DNA of 64,000 nt from a virus. Below the pieces are notes generated by a model. The model had not been told where the DNA came from, did no database searches, and saw only the letters and a list, made by a program, of their open reading frames with translations. Every line of letters starts with the position of its first letter. The stretch's first letter is position 1. A program made the position numbers and the translations under genes. The DNA lies in the IMG/VR virus record IMGVR_UViG_3300032296_002111, positions 3,880 to 67,879 of that record; one strand, given 5' to 3'. Below, piece after piece: positions 1-9,950 of this stretch.

Positions 1-78
1 CACTTACATGAAAGAGGGAGATTCTTATTTCTCCTGCAAGGGAGCAGATGTTTCACATTTAAAGAAAAATAAAAAGAA

Positions 79-477
79 ATGATAGACTTAGTAATTGATT
101 TTGACTCACAGGAGGACAAAGCCAAGCTGTTCGGCCTCCTGAAGCACCTTAAAGGACGCCACGCGGTAGGGATAAAGAAAGACCGAAGAGGGCGTTCAAG
201 CAATCAATCAAAATACTACTGGGGAGTTGTGCTTGGATATTTTGGGGAAGAGACTGGATATTCAAAGGAAGAGAGTCATCAAATTTTGGGCAGAATGTTC
301 CTCCGTTACGACAAACAAATGCCCGATGGGACAACCGAATCATTTGTGCGTTCCACAACGTCCCTGAACACGCTGGAATTTGAAGAGTATTTGGAAAAGA
401 TACGCATATTTGCCCTTTCGGAACTGGCAACGTACATTCCGCTTCCGAACGAGATAGTATATGAAGCGAACCGCTAA
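79..477 (+). CDS. NinB/Orf-like phage recombination-associated protein
   Basis: RSSNQSKYYW...STTSLNTLEFEEYLEKI resembles NinB-family RSxxQNxxxW and STxxL motifs. Confidence 0.55.
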   Translation: MIDLVIDFDSQEDKAKLFGLLKHLKGRHAVGIKKDRRGRSSNQSKYYWGVVLGYFGEETGYSKEESHQILGRMFLRYDKQMPDGTTESFVRSTTSLNTLEFEEYLEKIRIFALSELATYIPLPNEIVYEANR

Positions 478-856
478 GAAACCTGTAAAGCCCCGTGTGG
501 AACGCACCCGAAACGCTGGGAGCGAAACAACCAGCCAACACATGGGAAAGATACGTTCCGCTTTACGGAATATTTCCAGATGGTGGAAGCCCTTTGCCAT
601 TGCCCTGAAGGCCGCCTCCCACACCTCCTATGTCGGCAGGTCGAAAAGGGTGCTATACTTGTGTGCCGCCTGCAATAAGTTTTACGGAAGAAAGAACGTG
701 GAGGTGAACCACATCATTCCGGCAGGCAGCCTAAAGTCCTACGATGACCTTCCTGATTTCTGCCGTAGGCTTTTTGTCGAGGACGTAAGCCAGCTTGAAG
801 TGCTGTGCAAGGAGTGCCACAAGGAAGAAACGAAGCAACAAAGAGAGAATAAATGA
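461..856 (+). CDS. HNH endonuclease
   Basis: CAAC...EVNHIIP...LEVLCKECH zinc/HNH motifs. Confidence 0.8.
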   Translation: MKRTAKKPVKPRVERTRNAGSETTSQHMGKIRSALRNISRWWKPFAIALKAASHTSYVGRSKRVLYLCAACNKFYGRKNVEVNHIIPAGSLKSYDDLPDFCRRLFVEDVSQLEVLCKECHKEETKQQRENK

Positions 857-1491
857 ATATAGAACTTATTGGCCACTACGGGTCTGATGAAATTATTGCC
901 TTGTCTGCTTGGACAAGTACGTCAAGGAATCTTTCCGATGAAAAGCGTTCTCGAATCCAACAAATGATTGAGCGCCTTTGGATGGATGGGCATGAAACGC
1001 CATTTGAAAAAGGCATTGTACACTTTCTTGTTGATAGCGACATAGCATCTCACATTCATTTGCTAAAACATCGCATAAGCAGTTTAAATGCCGAATCTGC
1101 ACGTTACAAAGAACTAAAAGAGGATAGGTATATCATCCCCAAAGACTGGGAGGGAAATGAAGTTCTGGAGTATTGGGCTAAAAAACTAAATGAATCATCT
1201 GTGTACATGAATGATATGTATCATAAGTGCATAGATGAAATCACGCCAATAATCGGCAGGAAGAGGGCAAAAGAGTCTGCAAGGTATTTTAAGATGTACA
1301 ACTCTGTGATTAGCTGTGACGTTATGTTTAACATGAGGTCCTTTGCCAACTTTCAAAAACTCAGAAACTCAGAACACGCACAGAAAGAAATCAGAGATAT
1401 TGCAGCCGCAATGTGGAGCCTTGTAGAGCAAATAGAAGGCAATCCATTCGAGCATACAATGGCTGCCATTCGGGCAAAAAACATCATTTAG
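853..1491 (+). CDS. thyX: Flavin-dependent thymidylate synthase
   Basis: GHETPFE, KHRISSLNAESARY (RHRx7S-like ThyX motif), NMRSFANFQKLR...HAQKEIR. Confidence 0.9.
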   Translation: MNIELIGHYGSDEIIALSAWTSTSRNLSDEKRSRIQQMIERLWMDGHETPFEKGIVHFLVDSDIASHIHLLKHRISSLNAESARYKELKEDRYIIPKDWEGNEVLEYWAKKLNESSVYMNDMYHKCIDEITPIIGRKRAKESARYFKMYNSVISCDVMFNMRSFANFQKLRNSEHAQKEIRDIAAAMWSLVEQIEGNPFEHTMAAIRAKNII

Positions 1492-1525
1492 AATAAAAAA
1501 GTTTCGTGTTGTGAAAAAACTCCTA

Positions 1526-1533
1526 TACATTTG
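1526..1533 (+). promoter_or_regulatory. Bacteroidota housekeeping-sigma -7 box (TACATTTG)
   Basis: Matches TAnnTTTG; intergenic, just upstream of ORF 1545. Confidence 0.65.
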
Positions 1534-1544
1534 CGCCCTAAGCA

Positions 1545-1796
1545 ATGTATATGGAAGAAGAACAGAAACAATTTCTAAAGGCCGTTAAATACCACGCTAT
1601 TGCGTTTTTTGCGGCCTTTCTCGGCTTGTACATTATAGCCGCATTCGTAGCATGGGAATGGAGAATGAAAGAATGGTGGTGGAGCATCCGCTTCTTCAAC
1701 CTGGCCTTTTCCGTCTATTTGTCATATATGTATGCCCCTTTGTTTTATAAAAAAGAAGAAGAAATTTTAAATGACGAATATTATGGAACACCCTAA
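1545..1796 (+). CDS. Small membrane protein
   Basis: Two hydrophobic segments; follows a promoter box. Confidence 0.6.
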   Translation: MYMEEEQKQFLKAVKYHAIAFFAAFLGLYIIAAFVAWEWRMKEWWWSIRFFNLAFSVYLSYMYAPLFYKKEEEILNDEYYGTP

Positions 1797-2055
1797 TGTA
1801 ACAATGATTGAGAACCGGGTGCTTGTCCTTGCTGACAAAGCTGCCGAGTTCCTTGATGAGAATGGCCTTATTGCTATTCCTGATTCTATAAAGGAAACCC
1901 CTCCACAAGGCACTGTAATTGCCGTTGGCAACAAGGTGGAAGTGGTTAAGAAGGACGACAGGGTTCTTTACACTAAGAACGTAGGCGTAAAGGCTGAGTT
2001 CAATAAAGTGGAATACCTCATCCTTCGGGAACACGACATTCATTGCATCCTTTAA
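1771..2055 (+). CDS. groES: Co-chaperonin GroES-like protein
   Basis: NRVLV...GLIAIPDSIKETPPQGTVIAVG...VKKDDRVLY...YLILREHDI. Confidence 0.85.
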   Translation: MTNIMEHPNVTMIENRVLVLADKAAEFLDENGLIAIPDSIKETPPQGTVIAVGNKVEVVKKDDRVLYTKNVGVKAEFNKVEYLILREHDIHCIL

Positions 2056-2056
2056 T

Positions 2057-2701
2057 ATGGCATTCGTAGCCCAATATACACACTCACTCAAGCCCGTAAG
2101 GGAGTACCTTGTCAAAATTGACGGCATCTACAAAGAGGTCGAACAATACGGCACACTTCTTCTCCACAGACCTTCTAACGTATATAACGAAACGAGTGGA
2201 CTATGTGAAGAAGGCGTTGTGGTCAAGGCTCCCTTACAGGGCGAGCTTGAGGAGGACATTATAGGAAAGAAGGTGCGCTTTTGGTTTAGCGATGCCCATG
2301 CGACATACAAAGGGAATATGCCGAAGATTGACGAGCATTTGCTTGTTATGCCCACAAGCATTATTTCCGTTGATGGACAAATGGCTGGCGAGTACATTTA
2401 TTGTAAGCCAATAGAGACCTTCCGCTCTGCCTCTGGCCTCATTATTCCCAACATTGAATATGTCAGTTACGACACTATGCAGAAGCCCGTTCAGAACATT
2501 CGGGAGTTCTACACAGACAGAGGCCGTGTTGTTGGCAAGAATAATCACTTCCCTGAAGGCACGGTGCTGTGGTGGGGAGATGAGTCCAATGTCCGTTTAG
2601 GGTGGGACTCAGGTTTCCTTGTAAGGAAACGAATGGTGATTCTTAGTGGCCCTGATGCTGAAAGAATGAGTTACGTTAAGAGGGCTACAAGAAAAGTATA
2701 G
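2057..2701 (+). CDS. Hypothetical protein, possibly with a GroES-like fold
   Basis: Mobile-loop-like RSASGLIIP and GRVV; directly follows groES. Confidence 0.5.
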   Translation: MAFVAQYTHSLKPVREYLVKIDGIYKEVEQYGTLLLHRPSNVYNETSGLCEEGVVVKAPLQGELEEDIIGKKVRFWFSDAHATYKGNMPKIDEHLLVMPTSIISVDGQMAGEYIYCKPIETFRSASGLIIPNIEYVSYDTMQKPVQNIREFYTDRGRVVGKNNHFPEGTVLWWGDESNVRLGWDSGFLVRKRMVILSGPDAERMSYVKRATRKV

Positions 2702-2703
2702 CA

Positions 2704-3039
2704 ATGGCAATAACTAAAAAGGAGGTAAAACTTTTCAAGGAAAAGAAACGAAAGGGAAGACCCATCAAATATGACTTTACGGCGTTTAAAAAGACGGGTA
2801 CTAAGTTTTTGGTATTCGAGGGTATTGGGCTTAAAGAGTACGATTCCATTCGCTCCACTTTTGCGAGATGGAGAAGAAGGTATGGCGTTGAGGGCCGTTT
2901 TGAGTACGATATCGTCCCGGCAACAGATATGTTCCCCTCCTACATTGCCATCTGGCGACAAAAGCCAAGAACCCAAGACATGATAAGGGAGCAGCTATTG
3001 AGGCAACAAGAAGGCTATGGCATACAAGATAGAGAATGA
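2704..3039 (+). CDS. Hypothetical basic protein
   Basis: Tightly packed in operon; KGRPIKYDF motif. Confidence 0.6.
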   Translation: MAITKKEVKLFKEKKRKGRPIKYDFTAFKKTGTKFLVFEGIGLKEYDSIRSTFARWRRRYGVEGRFEYDIVPATDMFPSYIAIWRQKPRTQDMIREQLLRQQEGYGIQDRE

Positions 3040-3340
3040 ACGGATATGGACCTCATACACGATTTACAGAAGAGGCCGCTTCCGTTTCTTCCATTTTGAC
3101 GAGTTCCTTGAGAAGGGGATTCAGTTCTTTCCTTATGGCACAATACCTGAAATAAGCAGAGCATGGAACATAACAAAGAAGCTTCTGAAAACAAGGTCAA
3201 GGCCGAAGGCTCAAAGTGGGAATTGCAATGGGGTGGAGGGGATATATGTCTTCCGCCTTCCAAGGATATATGGCGAAGAGTATTTAACAAAAACCTTAGA
3301 TGCTATGAGGTTTACATCCGAAAAACCAACATACTTGTAG
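3017..3340 (+). CDS. Hypothetical protein
   Basis: Start overlaps previous gene end; also overlaps ORF 3163-3612. Confidence 0.4.
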   Translation: MAYKIENERIWTSYTIYRRGRFRFFHFDEFLEKGIQFFPYGTIPEISRAWNITKKLLKTRSRPKAQSGNCNGVEGIYVFRLPRIYGEEYLTKTLDAMRFTSEKPTYL

Positions 3341-3612
3341 CCACTGGCATTGGGAACACGGCTGACAGCTTCCTCATAGGGAGCCTTCCTGTCATTGTCG
3401 AAATGATGTCGAAAATTATAAATGAAATAGAAAATGGCGAAGTTGACGAAAAAACATTCCGAGGACTTAAACACATCATCAACACCTTCAAGAAAAATAT
3501 CCGAAAGGGAGAGACAATGGATAGAAATGGTGTATTCGGATGGGATAGCCCTGAGTTACACTTGGGAGGGGAGGATGGCGGAAACATCACGGAGGTTGGG
3601 CTATACGATTGA
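3163..3612 (+). CDS. Hypothetical protein
   Basis: Protein-like helical composition but long overlaps with both neighbours. Confidence 0.4.
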   Translation: MEHNKEASENKVKAEGSKWELQWGGGDICLPPSKDIWRRVFNKNLRCYEVYIRKTNILVATGIGNTADSFLIGSLPVIVEMMSKIINEIENGEVDEKTFRGLKHIINTFKKNIRKGETMDRNGVFGWDSPELHLGGEDGGNITEVGLYD

Positions 3613-3994
3613 TGCCCACGCCTTACGAGAAGGCAGCAGACTTTATTTCCAGAACAACATAAAGGCCGAAGCCTATTGGAGTATGGTGGTGATGTATCAC
3701 AATGTCTGTGAATCTATTCGTGTACCCGAAACTTCCGGGGAGGGAAAGGGAGCAAATGAGAACTCCTCCTACAAGGTGAAGATAGAAAATTCTCTTAAAT
3801 TGAAGCCTGTAATGGACGAGATAAAGAGATTGGCAGAGGATTTGTTTAAGAAAAATGAAAAGGCCGAAACTGACTTCAATGCTGGAAAACTTGAAAGTGA
3901 TTTCGGGGAGGGAGCATTGGAGGCCGCACTTCGTGAGGTGAATGAAAATGAAAGTAACAATATCAAAACCCGCAGGAAGAAGGAAGCAGTATGA
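3434..3994 (+). CDS. Hypothetical protein, terminase small subunit candidate
   Basis: Helical, charged 186-aa protein upstream of TerL; position-based only. Confidence 0.4.
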   Translation: MAKLTKKHSEDLNTSSTPSRKISERERQWIEMVYSDGIALSYTWEGRMAETSRRLGYTIDAHALREGSRLYFQNNIKAEAYWSMVVMYHNVCESIRVPETSGEGKGANENSSYKVKIENSLKLKPVMDEIKRLAEDLFKKNEKAETDFNAGKLESDFGEGALEAALREVNENESNNIKTRRKKEAV

Positions 3995-4304
3995 TGGGCG
4001 TTATGCCAATCTTAAACGGGCCGAGTATGTTATTAACAGCAAGAGGGTGTGCAAAACTCAGCCAGGCCACCTTGCCACCATTTCCAAAACGCAGCTTGCT
4101 GAAAATGTTGGAATGGACATCAGGCCATACCTTCGGAAAGCATACGGAGGCAACTTCGTCCTACTAACAGAATCCAAAAGAGAGTATATTATAAAGAGAA
4201 AAGAAGATGGCACAAAGACGTTACAAGAAAACTGCTACATTGGAGAAAGGCTCTATTATATTCCTAAAAGGAAAGCACGTAATCGCAAAGTGGGAGGTGA
4301 GTGA
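3942..4304 (+). CDS. Hypothetical protein
   Basis: ORF track; operon-like packing. Confidence 0.45.
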   Translation: MKMKVTISKPAGRRKQYDGRYANLKRAEYVINSKRVCKTQPGHLATISKTQLAENVGMDIRPYLRKAYGGNFVLLTESKREYIIKRKEDGTKTLQENCYIGERLYYIPKRKARNRKVGGE

Positions 4305-4623
4305 TGTGATAGATGGGAAGGCTTTTATGTTCATGCACGGAGATGTCCGCAAGGAATATGTCCATCCCATAACGGAATATGTAATCAGCGAGCCTTTATT
4401 CAGGAAGGGACTCAGGGCCTATCCGTACAGCGTTGGCCATGAGAATAGATGGAAGGCGTTTGAGGCAAGGAAGGAGTTATTGATTCTTTTCAAGAGAATG
4501 GACGCTCTTAGAGCAAGAATCCCCAACTTACGACACGAAGCAAAAATATTGAACTCTGTGGCGCTCCTAAAGCGTTTCATTGAGGAAATGAAGCAAGCGC
4601 TCAAAAGAAAGGACAAGATATGA
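4207..4623 (+). CDS. Hypothetical protein
   Basis: Stop overlaps TerL start (ATGA). Confidence 0.6.
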   Translation: MAQRRYKKTATLEKGSIIFLKGKHVIAKWEVSDVIDGKAFMFMHGDVRKEYVHPITEYVISEPLFRKGLRAYPYSVGHENRWKAFEARKELLILFKRMDALRARIPNLRHEAKILNSVALLKRFIEEMKQALKRKDKI

Positions 4624-6857
4624 ATAGCGAATACTTGCGTGAGGGATGGAAGGTAGAGAAGAACTACCTCCGTGAGGACATTTGGACGCTTTCGTGCAGA
4701 ACGCCTCCTATGCCCGAAGACTTAACGCAAGTGCAAGGCTATGGCGACCCAAAGGCCAAGTTTACGAGAACGCCCATTCCTGACTACATGGCTATCGAGA
4801 AAAGCCAATTGCAGGCGGACGGCTCAATTCGTTACACGCCCATTCAGCAAGACTTTATCCGCAAGGAGGTGAAGAAGATATTCCACGAGGGCCATTGGTG
4901 TTTCATTCGTGGAAAGCTCACATGGCTCACTCCTTGGATGTACCTTGGACTAAACTATTGGCGACCCTCCGTAGAAACCAATGATGGCTTTTTAGAGTAC
5001 AGAGAACGTCAGCGCAAAATCCTCCATTTCTGTTGGAACGTCCACCAGTATCAAAAGGAACTTGGCGTTGTCTATCTAAAAGGCCGTCAGGAGGGCTTGT
5101 CAACATGGGGCCACCTAATAATGTTTTGGCTTGCCATTCGTGCTGAACGGCAGAACATAGGACTTTCATCTTCCGACCAGAAACTCGCAGACGAGAACTT
5201 TGACGAGCTGATTGCAAAGCCTGTAAACTCTTTGCCGATATGGCTGATTCCTGTTCACAGGATGAACAAGAACGAGCTGTTGCTTACAGAGCCACCAGAA
5301 AGGCAGTCGAAAACTAAGAAAACCGCCAGCGTTTCCAAGGCTCTCGGAGGCTCCATCAGGCTTCGTGCTTTGACCAAACGAGGATGGGATGGTAAGCGTT
5401 TGAACGGGTTGTTTGCCGATGAAGGCGGTAAGTGGGTGCAGGTGCAAATCACAAAGTGGTGGGCAAAGCAGGTGAGGGCGCTGATGGTAAATGGCCGTAA
5501 GCGTGGCTTTGCGTTCTTCCCGACAACAACGGAAGAGGGCGACCAAGGAGGAGCGGAGTTCCAAAAGTTCTACTCACAGGCCGACATTGAAACACGGCAG
5601 AACGGCAAATATCCCACCACCACAAATAAGCTCATAAGCTTGTTCCTTCCGGCCTTCATGGGACTTCCGGGATGGACAGACGAGTACGGGAATGACATTG
5701 TGGATATGCCCGATGAGGAGCAGTGGGAGTGGATGCAACAGAACGGCCACGATGAGCGAATAGGGGCCAAGGAGAAGTTAATGCGTGACAGGCAGCAGCT
5801 ATTGGATGCGGGGCTTGATGACCTCTATGCGGAGGAAATGAGGCAGAACCCATTCACTCCTGCCGATGCGTTCAATTCCATGAACGAGCATTGCCCGTTT
5901 GACGTGACGATTCTCCAAGCACTTAAGCGTGTAGTTGACACTCCCGAAGTTCAGGCCCAAGTGAGGAAAGGGTATTTCTATTGGATGGATTCCAAGGAGC
6001 GCACGGTGGTGGGATGGAGAGAAGACCCAAGCGGCCCTGTTGAGCGTACATGGGAGCCTCCCGGCAACCTTATCAATAAGACACAAATCAGGCGTGGCAT
6101 TAAAGCCCCCACAAACGGCAAGCTAGGCGCTTTCGGGGTTGACCCATACCTAAAGGCATCCACTAAGAAGAAAGGCTCTCGTATGGCCGTTACGGGCAAG
6201 CTTTACTATAATCGCTATTACGAGGAACAGAACAGAAGGGAGAGAGAAACGGCAGGTCGCAATATGCCCGGCTATTTCCCTACGCCTTCCATATTCCTTT
6301 CCTATGCACATAGGTCGGCAGATAGCAATTACGACATGGAGCAGCTTCTTATGGCCGCTGTGTATTATTCCATGCCTATTGTCATTGAGAATAACGCTTC
6401 CATAAGCGTGGAGAACTTCTTTAACATGAGGGGCTACGGAGGCTTCTTATTGCGGGAGGCTGAAATCCTTAACGAAACAAGCCCTACGCAGTCGCAATGG
6501 GACATCATAGGCATCCACACTGGCGTAGAGGGCGCAGGAAGCGATGTGGTGAGGAGAGGGGCTACATACATGAATGACTTCCTCAGAGGCGATGCGCTCT
6601 ATTTGGATAACCACACGTACAACATTACGGAGGAGCCAATACGCTATCCATTTGTGAACAGCATAAACGACAATATGCAGTTTGACATAACGGACAGAAC
6701 AAAGAGCGATGCCACGATGTCTGCCCTTATGGTTCACTTCTATGAGTACAATGTGAACGAGTACAACAATCCGTTTATTAGTTCCGCATTGCCGCAGTCG
6801 GACGCCAAGAGATTATTCCCAAGAGGCACGTTTTTGAGGCGTGTGAGGCAGGTTTGA
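4620..6857 (+). CDS. terL: Terminase large subunit (crAss-like)
   Basis: YLKGRQEGLST Walker A, LFADEGGKW Walker B, AFGVDPY RNase-H-like nuclease motif, RTKSDATMS; 745 aa. Confidence 0.9.
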   Translation: MNSEYLREGWKVEKNYLREDIWTLSCRTPPMPEDLTQVQGYGDPKAKFTRTPIPDYMAIEKSQLQADGSIRYTPIQQDFIRKEVKKIFHEGHWCFIRGKLTWLTPWMYLGLNYWRPSVETNDGFLEYRERQRKILHFCWNVHQYQKELGVVYLKGRQEGLSTWGHLIMFWLAIRAERQNIGLSSSDQKLADENFDELIAKPVNSLPIWLIPVHRMNKNELLLTEPPERQSKTKKTASVSKALGGSIRLRALTKRGWDGKRLNGLFADEGGKWVQVQITKWWAKQVRALMVNGRKRGFAFFPTTTEEGDQGGAEFQKFYSQADIETRQNGKYPTTTNKLISLFLPAFMGLPGWTDEYGNDIVDMPDEEQWEWMQQNGHDERIGAKEKLMRDRQQLLDAGLDDLYAEEMRQNPFTPADAFNSMNEHCPFDVTILQALKRVVDTPEVQAQVRKGYFYWMDSKERTVVGWREDPSGPVERTWEPPGNLINKTQIRRGIKAPTNGKLGAFGVDPYLKASTKKKGSRMAVTGKLYYNRYYEEQNRRERETAGRNMPGYFPTPSIFLSYAHRSADSNYDMEQLLMAAVYYSMPIVIENNASISVENFFNMRGYGGFLLREAEILNETSPTQSQWDIIGIHTGVEGAGSDVVRRGATYMNDFLRGDALYLDNHTYNITEEPIRYPFVNSINDNMQFDITDRTKSDATMSALMVHFYEYNVNEYNNPFISSALPQSDAKRLFPRGTFLRRVRQV

Positions 6858-6924
6858 AAAAAATGTTAGGGGCATAATTTAAGATTTCGTATTTTTGGGC
6901 TTCACATTAAAAAAATTTATCTCA

Positions 6925-7167
6925 ATGGCACTTTTAAAAATGATGACCACTGTGAACCCTCAGACAGCAACATCTGTAGTGGGCGGTTCTGCTTTCTTCG
7001 TTTACAACACAGACCAAATGAATTGGTTGACTTTGGCTTCCAAAGTTGGAACCACTGCTTCAAGCACTTTTGATTATCAACTTAACGGAGGTGGAGTTGG
7101 AAAGGCTTCTGTAAAGCACAGCGTAGCCAACATCATCACTGCTGGTGGAGCTTCCACAGTAAGCTAA
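6925..7167 (+). CDS. Small putative virion protein
   Basis: ATG at 6925 downstream of TATTTTTG box (6890-6897); A/S/T/G-rich; followed by terminator. Confidence 0.55.
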   Translation: MALLKMMTTVNPQTATSVVGGSAFFVYNTDQMNWLTLASKVGTTASSTFDYQLNGGGVGKASVKHSVANIITAGGASTVS

Positions 7168-7189
7168 TCAAGAGAGTCATTGAGACAAT

Positions 7190-7226
7190 AAGGCCGCCTT
7201 TCAAAAGAGGGCGGCTATTTGTGTTT
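7190..7226. terminator. Intrinsic terminator between convergent genes
   Basis: gccgcc-ttttcaaaagag-ggcggc hairpin followed by tatttgtgtttt. Confidence 0.65.
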
Positions 7227-8341
7227 TATTTGACATCTGCAAAATATCCCTCGTAGTTCTCTATGCTCATGTGGTGAGGCTTAGAGTGTTTGGATATTGC
7301 CATATAATTGCTTGTATTTCCCTCGGTACCAGCTTCAGTTACCCACTCGCTTCCGTGAGGAATGTGATAGCAAATGTTGTATGGTAGCTTGTTCTTAACT
7401 ACGTCCGCCCAAAAATTATCCCATGCCGCCCTTCCAAGTTTTAGAGGGACATCAATAATCTCTGAAACACATGAGGCATTGGGGCGAAAAACAAAAAGGT
7501 CTATTCCTTCATAAACAGGCTTGTCTTTTATGTCGGAAAAATTGAGAAGGCTTTCTGTTATGACATCAACACGTTTAGCATAGCAAGCTTCAAGATTGTG
7601 CGTATCCATGTGCGCCCTAATTATTCCTGTTGCCTCAGGAACAAGGCAAATGTCCCTATTCATAATAATAAGAAGGTCGTCAGGATGCGTAAAGCATTGT
7701 ATGCCCTCTAATAGCATTTCATTTAATAAAGGCCAATCCTCGGAAGAATGCAAAAGCACTGAGGCGTGAATATCAAAATTGCACAACTTACTCCATGAAT
7801 AAGCTGCAAACCCATATCGCCCCATTGCGTGTATTTCTGTGGTTTGATATTCATTGACAAGAATGTATGTAGTGGCTCTATTGAGGTCGTGGTGCTGCCT
7901 TACAGGAACGTTCTTAGCGATACAGGCAATCATTTGAGAGGCATCGTGGCCTATAATTTCTTGACAGAATATTCCAATAGTGGATGGCTTTGGCGTAGCC
8001 TGCACCCAAGGATAGCTTCTTGATATTAAAATGTTAGGCTTTTCACACAAATGATACTGAAGGCTATCGTTTAGGATATACAACGTGTCCTCTTGGTTCA
8101 TATCCTCCATTAGCTTTTTGAACCCATCTGTGTGAGGCTTGTAAATCTCAAACGGAATGCCCAAAGAATTAAGGGCATACCTTGTGTTTATGAGAATGTT
8201 CTTGTCTGTTATTTTGCTTGAATTGCCATCAAGGGCAACAATTGCTTTTTTAAACTTGTGCATAGTATTCTTGAAATGCTTGAAACCCCCTGAATGGAAG
8301 AACGAGTTTTGGGTCTTGTCCATCTTGCTGACAAACCACAA
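7226..8341 (-). CDS. Hypothetical protein, possibly glycosyltransferase-associated (start uncertain)
   Basis: GIDLFVF...LGRAAWDNFW...CYHIPH resembles phage GT-like C-termini; co-oriented with the GT gene. Confidence 0.45.
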   Translation of the reverse strand: MWFVSKMDKTQNSFFHSGGFKHFKNTMHKFKKAIVALDGNSSKITDKNILINTRYALNSLGIPFEIYKPHTDGFKKLMEDMNQEDTLYILNDSLQYHLCEKPNILISRSYPWVQATPKPSTIGIFCQEIIGHDASQMIACIAKNVPVRQHHDLNRATTYILVNEYQTTEIHAMGRYGFAAYSWSKLCNFDIHASVLLHSSEDWPLLNEMLLEGIQCFTHPDDLLIIMNRDICLVPEATGIIRAHMDTHNLEACYAKRVDVITESLLNFSDIKDKPVYEGIDLFVFRPNASCVSEIIDVPLKLGRAAWDNFWADVVKNKLPYNICYHIPHGSEWVTEAGTEGNTSNYMAISKHSKPHHMSIENYEGYFADVK

Positions 8342-9293
8342 TTTTTTTATTTGGCCATTTTAATGTACACATCATAGCTGCTTTTACAGGCTCTCTTGCA
8401 TATTCATTTTCTACTTCAAAAACTTTGTGTTGAGGAAATAGCTCGTAAACAATTTGAGAAAACTTTGACAAGCAGCAAATGATTGATGGTTGCTTTAGCT
8501 TTTTACACACCATGTAAATGTCTCCGAAGCGGCCAAGGATGACATAAACAGGCCACTCTGTTTCTAATAATGAAAGCGTTTGCTCCCAGTATTCTATTGG
8601 GCCGTCTGGGTCTACTAATCCAGAAGCTACAAGCCCAGGCCATGCCCTTCCTCTGTGCGTTCCTCCGTTCTCTCCGCAATTGTAGGCACGAGAAATAGAT
8701 GGAAGTATTTCCACCCTATCTCCTAAATGACTGCTTACAATAACGTCCCATGAAGTGTCGTGCTTGTCGTCACCTGTAGTCCATGTGGCAAACATTTCTT
8801 CCCATCTGTCCCCCCAAGTTCCCCACCCCCAGCAAGTGAAATAGTTTTGGCGCATCACCTTCCCATGCTCCTTTTCTGTAAGCGTATTGTCAAGCGAATA
8901 TCCTTTATCGTGACCCCATAAGCCAATGGTGCGAACAGAATGGTCGTCCTTGTACTTCTCGGAAGCCCATTCGATATACTCGAGAGCATCGTCAGAAATA
9001 ATAATGTCATCCTCAATAATAAGAACGAAATCGGGGTTGTCTTTCCAAGCAAGCTCCAATGCGGCTTTTATGGTGTAGTTGCATCCATATTTTGAAGGAA
9101 CGATGAAGGGATTGATGCCGAACTCTTGGAACACATTTAGAACATCTGTGTTGAAGGAATCGCCATGCCTATCCATTGCGGCAAATATCTTATAGCGTTC
9201 CTTACTAAATCCTTTTGCTCCAAATATGGCAGCAAGACTTCTTTGTGTGTATTCTGGCCTATTGTAGGCGGATATGGCAATGTTTATTTTCAT
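8250..9293 (-). CDS. GT-A fold glycosyltransferase
   Basis: IAISAYNRPEY, VLIIEDDII (DxD-like), FTCWGWGTWGDRW, SWD, PSISRAYNCG. Confidence 0.8.
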   Translation of the reverse strand: MKINIAISAYNRPEYTQRSLAAIFGAKGFSKERYKIFAAMDRHGDSFNTDVLNVFQEFGINPFIVPSKYGCNYTIKAALELAWKDNPDFVLIIEDDIIISDDALEYIEWASEKYKDDHSVRTIGLWGHDKGYSLDNTLTEKEHGKVMRQNYFTCWGWGTWGDRWEEMFATWTTGDDKHDTSWDVIVSSHLGDRVEILPSISRAYNCGENGGTHRGRAWPGLVASGLVDPDGPIEYWEQTLSLLETEWPVYVILGRFGDIYMVCKKLKQPSIICCLSKFSQIVYELFPQHKVFEVENEYAREPVKAAMMCTLKWPNKKIVVCQQDGQDPKLVLPFRGFQAFQEYYAQV

Positions 9294-9946
9294 ATTATAT
9301 CTTTTCTAACCCAAATTGAATACCCATTCCGTAAGGTGAGATTGCAGAACAAACACTCGTAGTATTCATTTTTTCTTAAAGCCTGATGCGAGTGATAGTG
9401 TTTAATGTCAAGAATGTCATCAAGGATGATAATCTTGGCTCCGATAACTTTCAGGTATTCGGCATATCCGCAAAACGGAGACCCATCAAGAAGCGCCATG
9501 TCGGGCTTTATTCCTTCCATTACTCCAGTTTGGATACCCCACTCATCAATTGAAGATAGTTCGTCTTGATACCAAGACAAAACATTATCTAATGAATATT
9601 CATTAAGTTGTGTTGTGGTGAGTTTATAAAAAAGCTCTACAGAGTCCTTTGACATATATTCTTCAACAGGAACAGAAGAGCCGTTTATTGGCTTCACCCA
9701 GTCAAGGCCATTGTATCTATTCACAAGATTTGTATATCTCAACGGGTTCACCTCTATCGTGTATAGGGTCTTGTCTGCCAAGTTACTCATGCCAATTGTA
9801 AGCGCCTCTGTGCTTCCATCCCCACTTGAAGCTCCCACTTCAAGCACTGTGTTTATTTCAGAGGGAAACATATAAATCGTCTGAATTATGCGCTCGTAAA
9901 GCTCATCGTTTTTTATTTCAGCGGGGATTGCTATTCCGTTTTCCAT
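9290..9946 (-). CDS. Class I SAM-dependent methyltransferase-like protein
   Basis: VLEVGASSGDGST motif I, YTIEVN, LLDG, IILDD. Confidence 0.7.
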   Translation of the reverse strand: MENGIAIPAEIKNDELYERIIQTIYMFPSEINTVLEVGASSGDGSTEALTIGMSNLADKTLYTIEVNPLRYTNLVNRYNGLDWVKPINGSSVPVEEYMSKDSVELFYKLTTTQLNEYSLDNVLSWYQDELSSIDEWGIQTGVMEGIKPDMALLDGSPFCGYAEYLKVIGAKIIILDDILDIKHYHSHQALRKNEYYECLFCNLTLRNGYSIWVRKDII

Positions 9947-9950
9947 GCCC

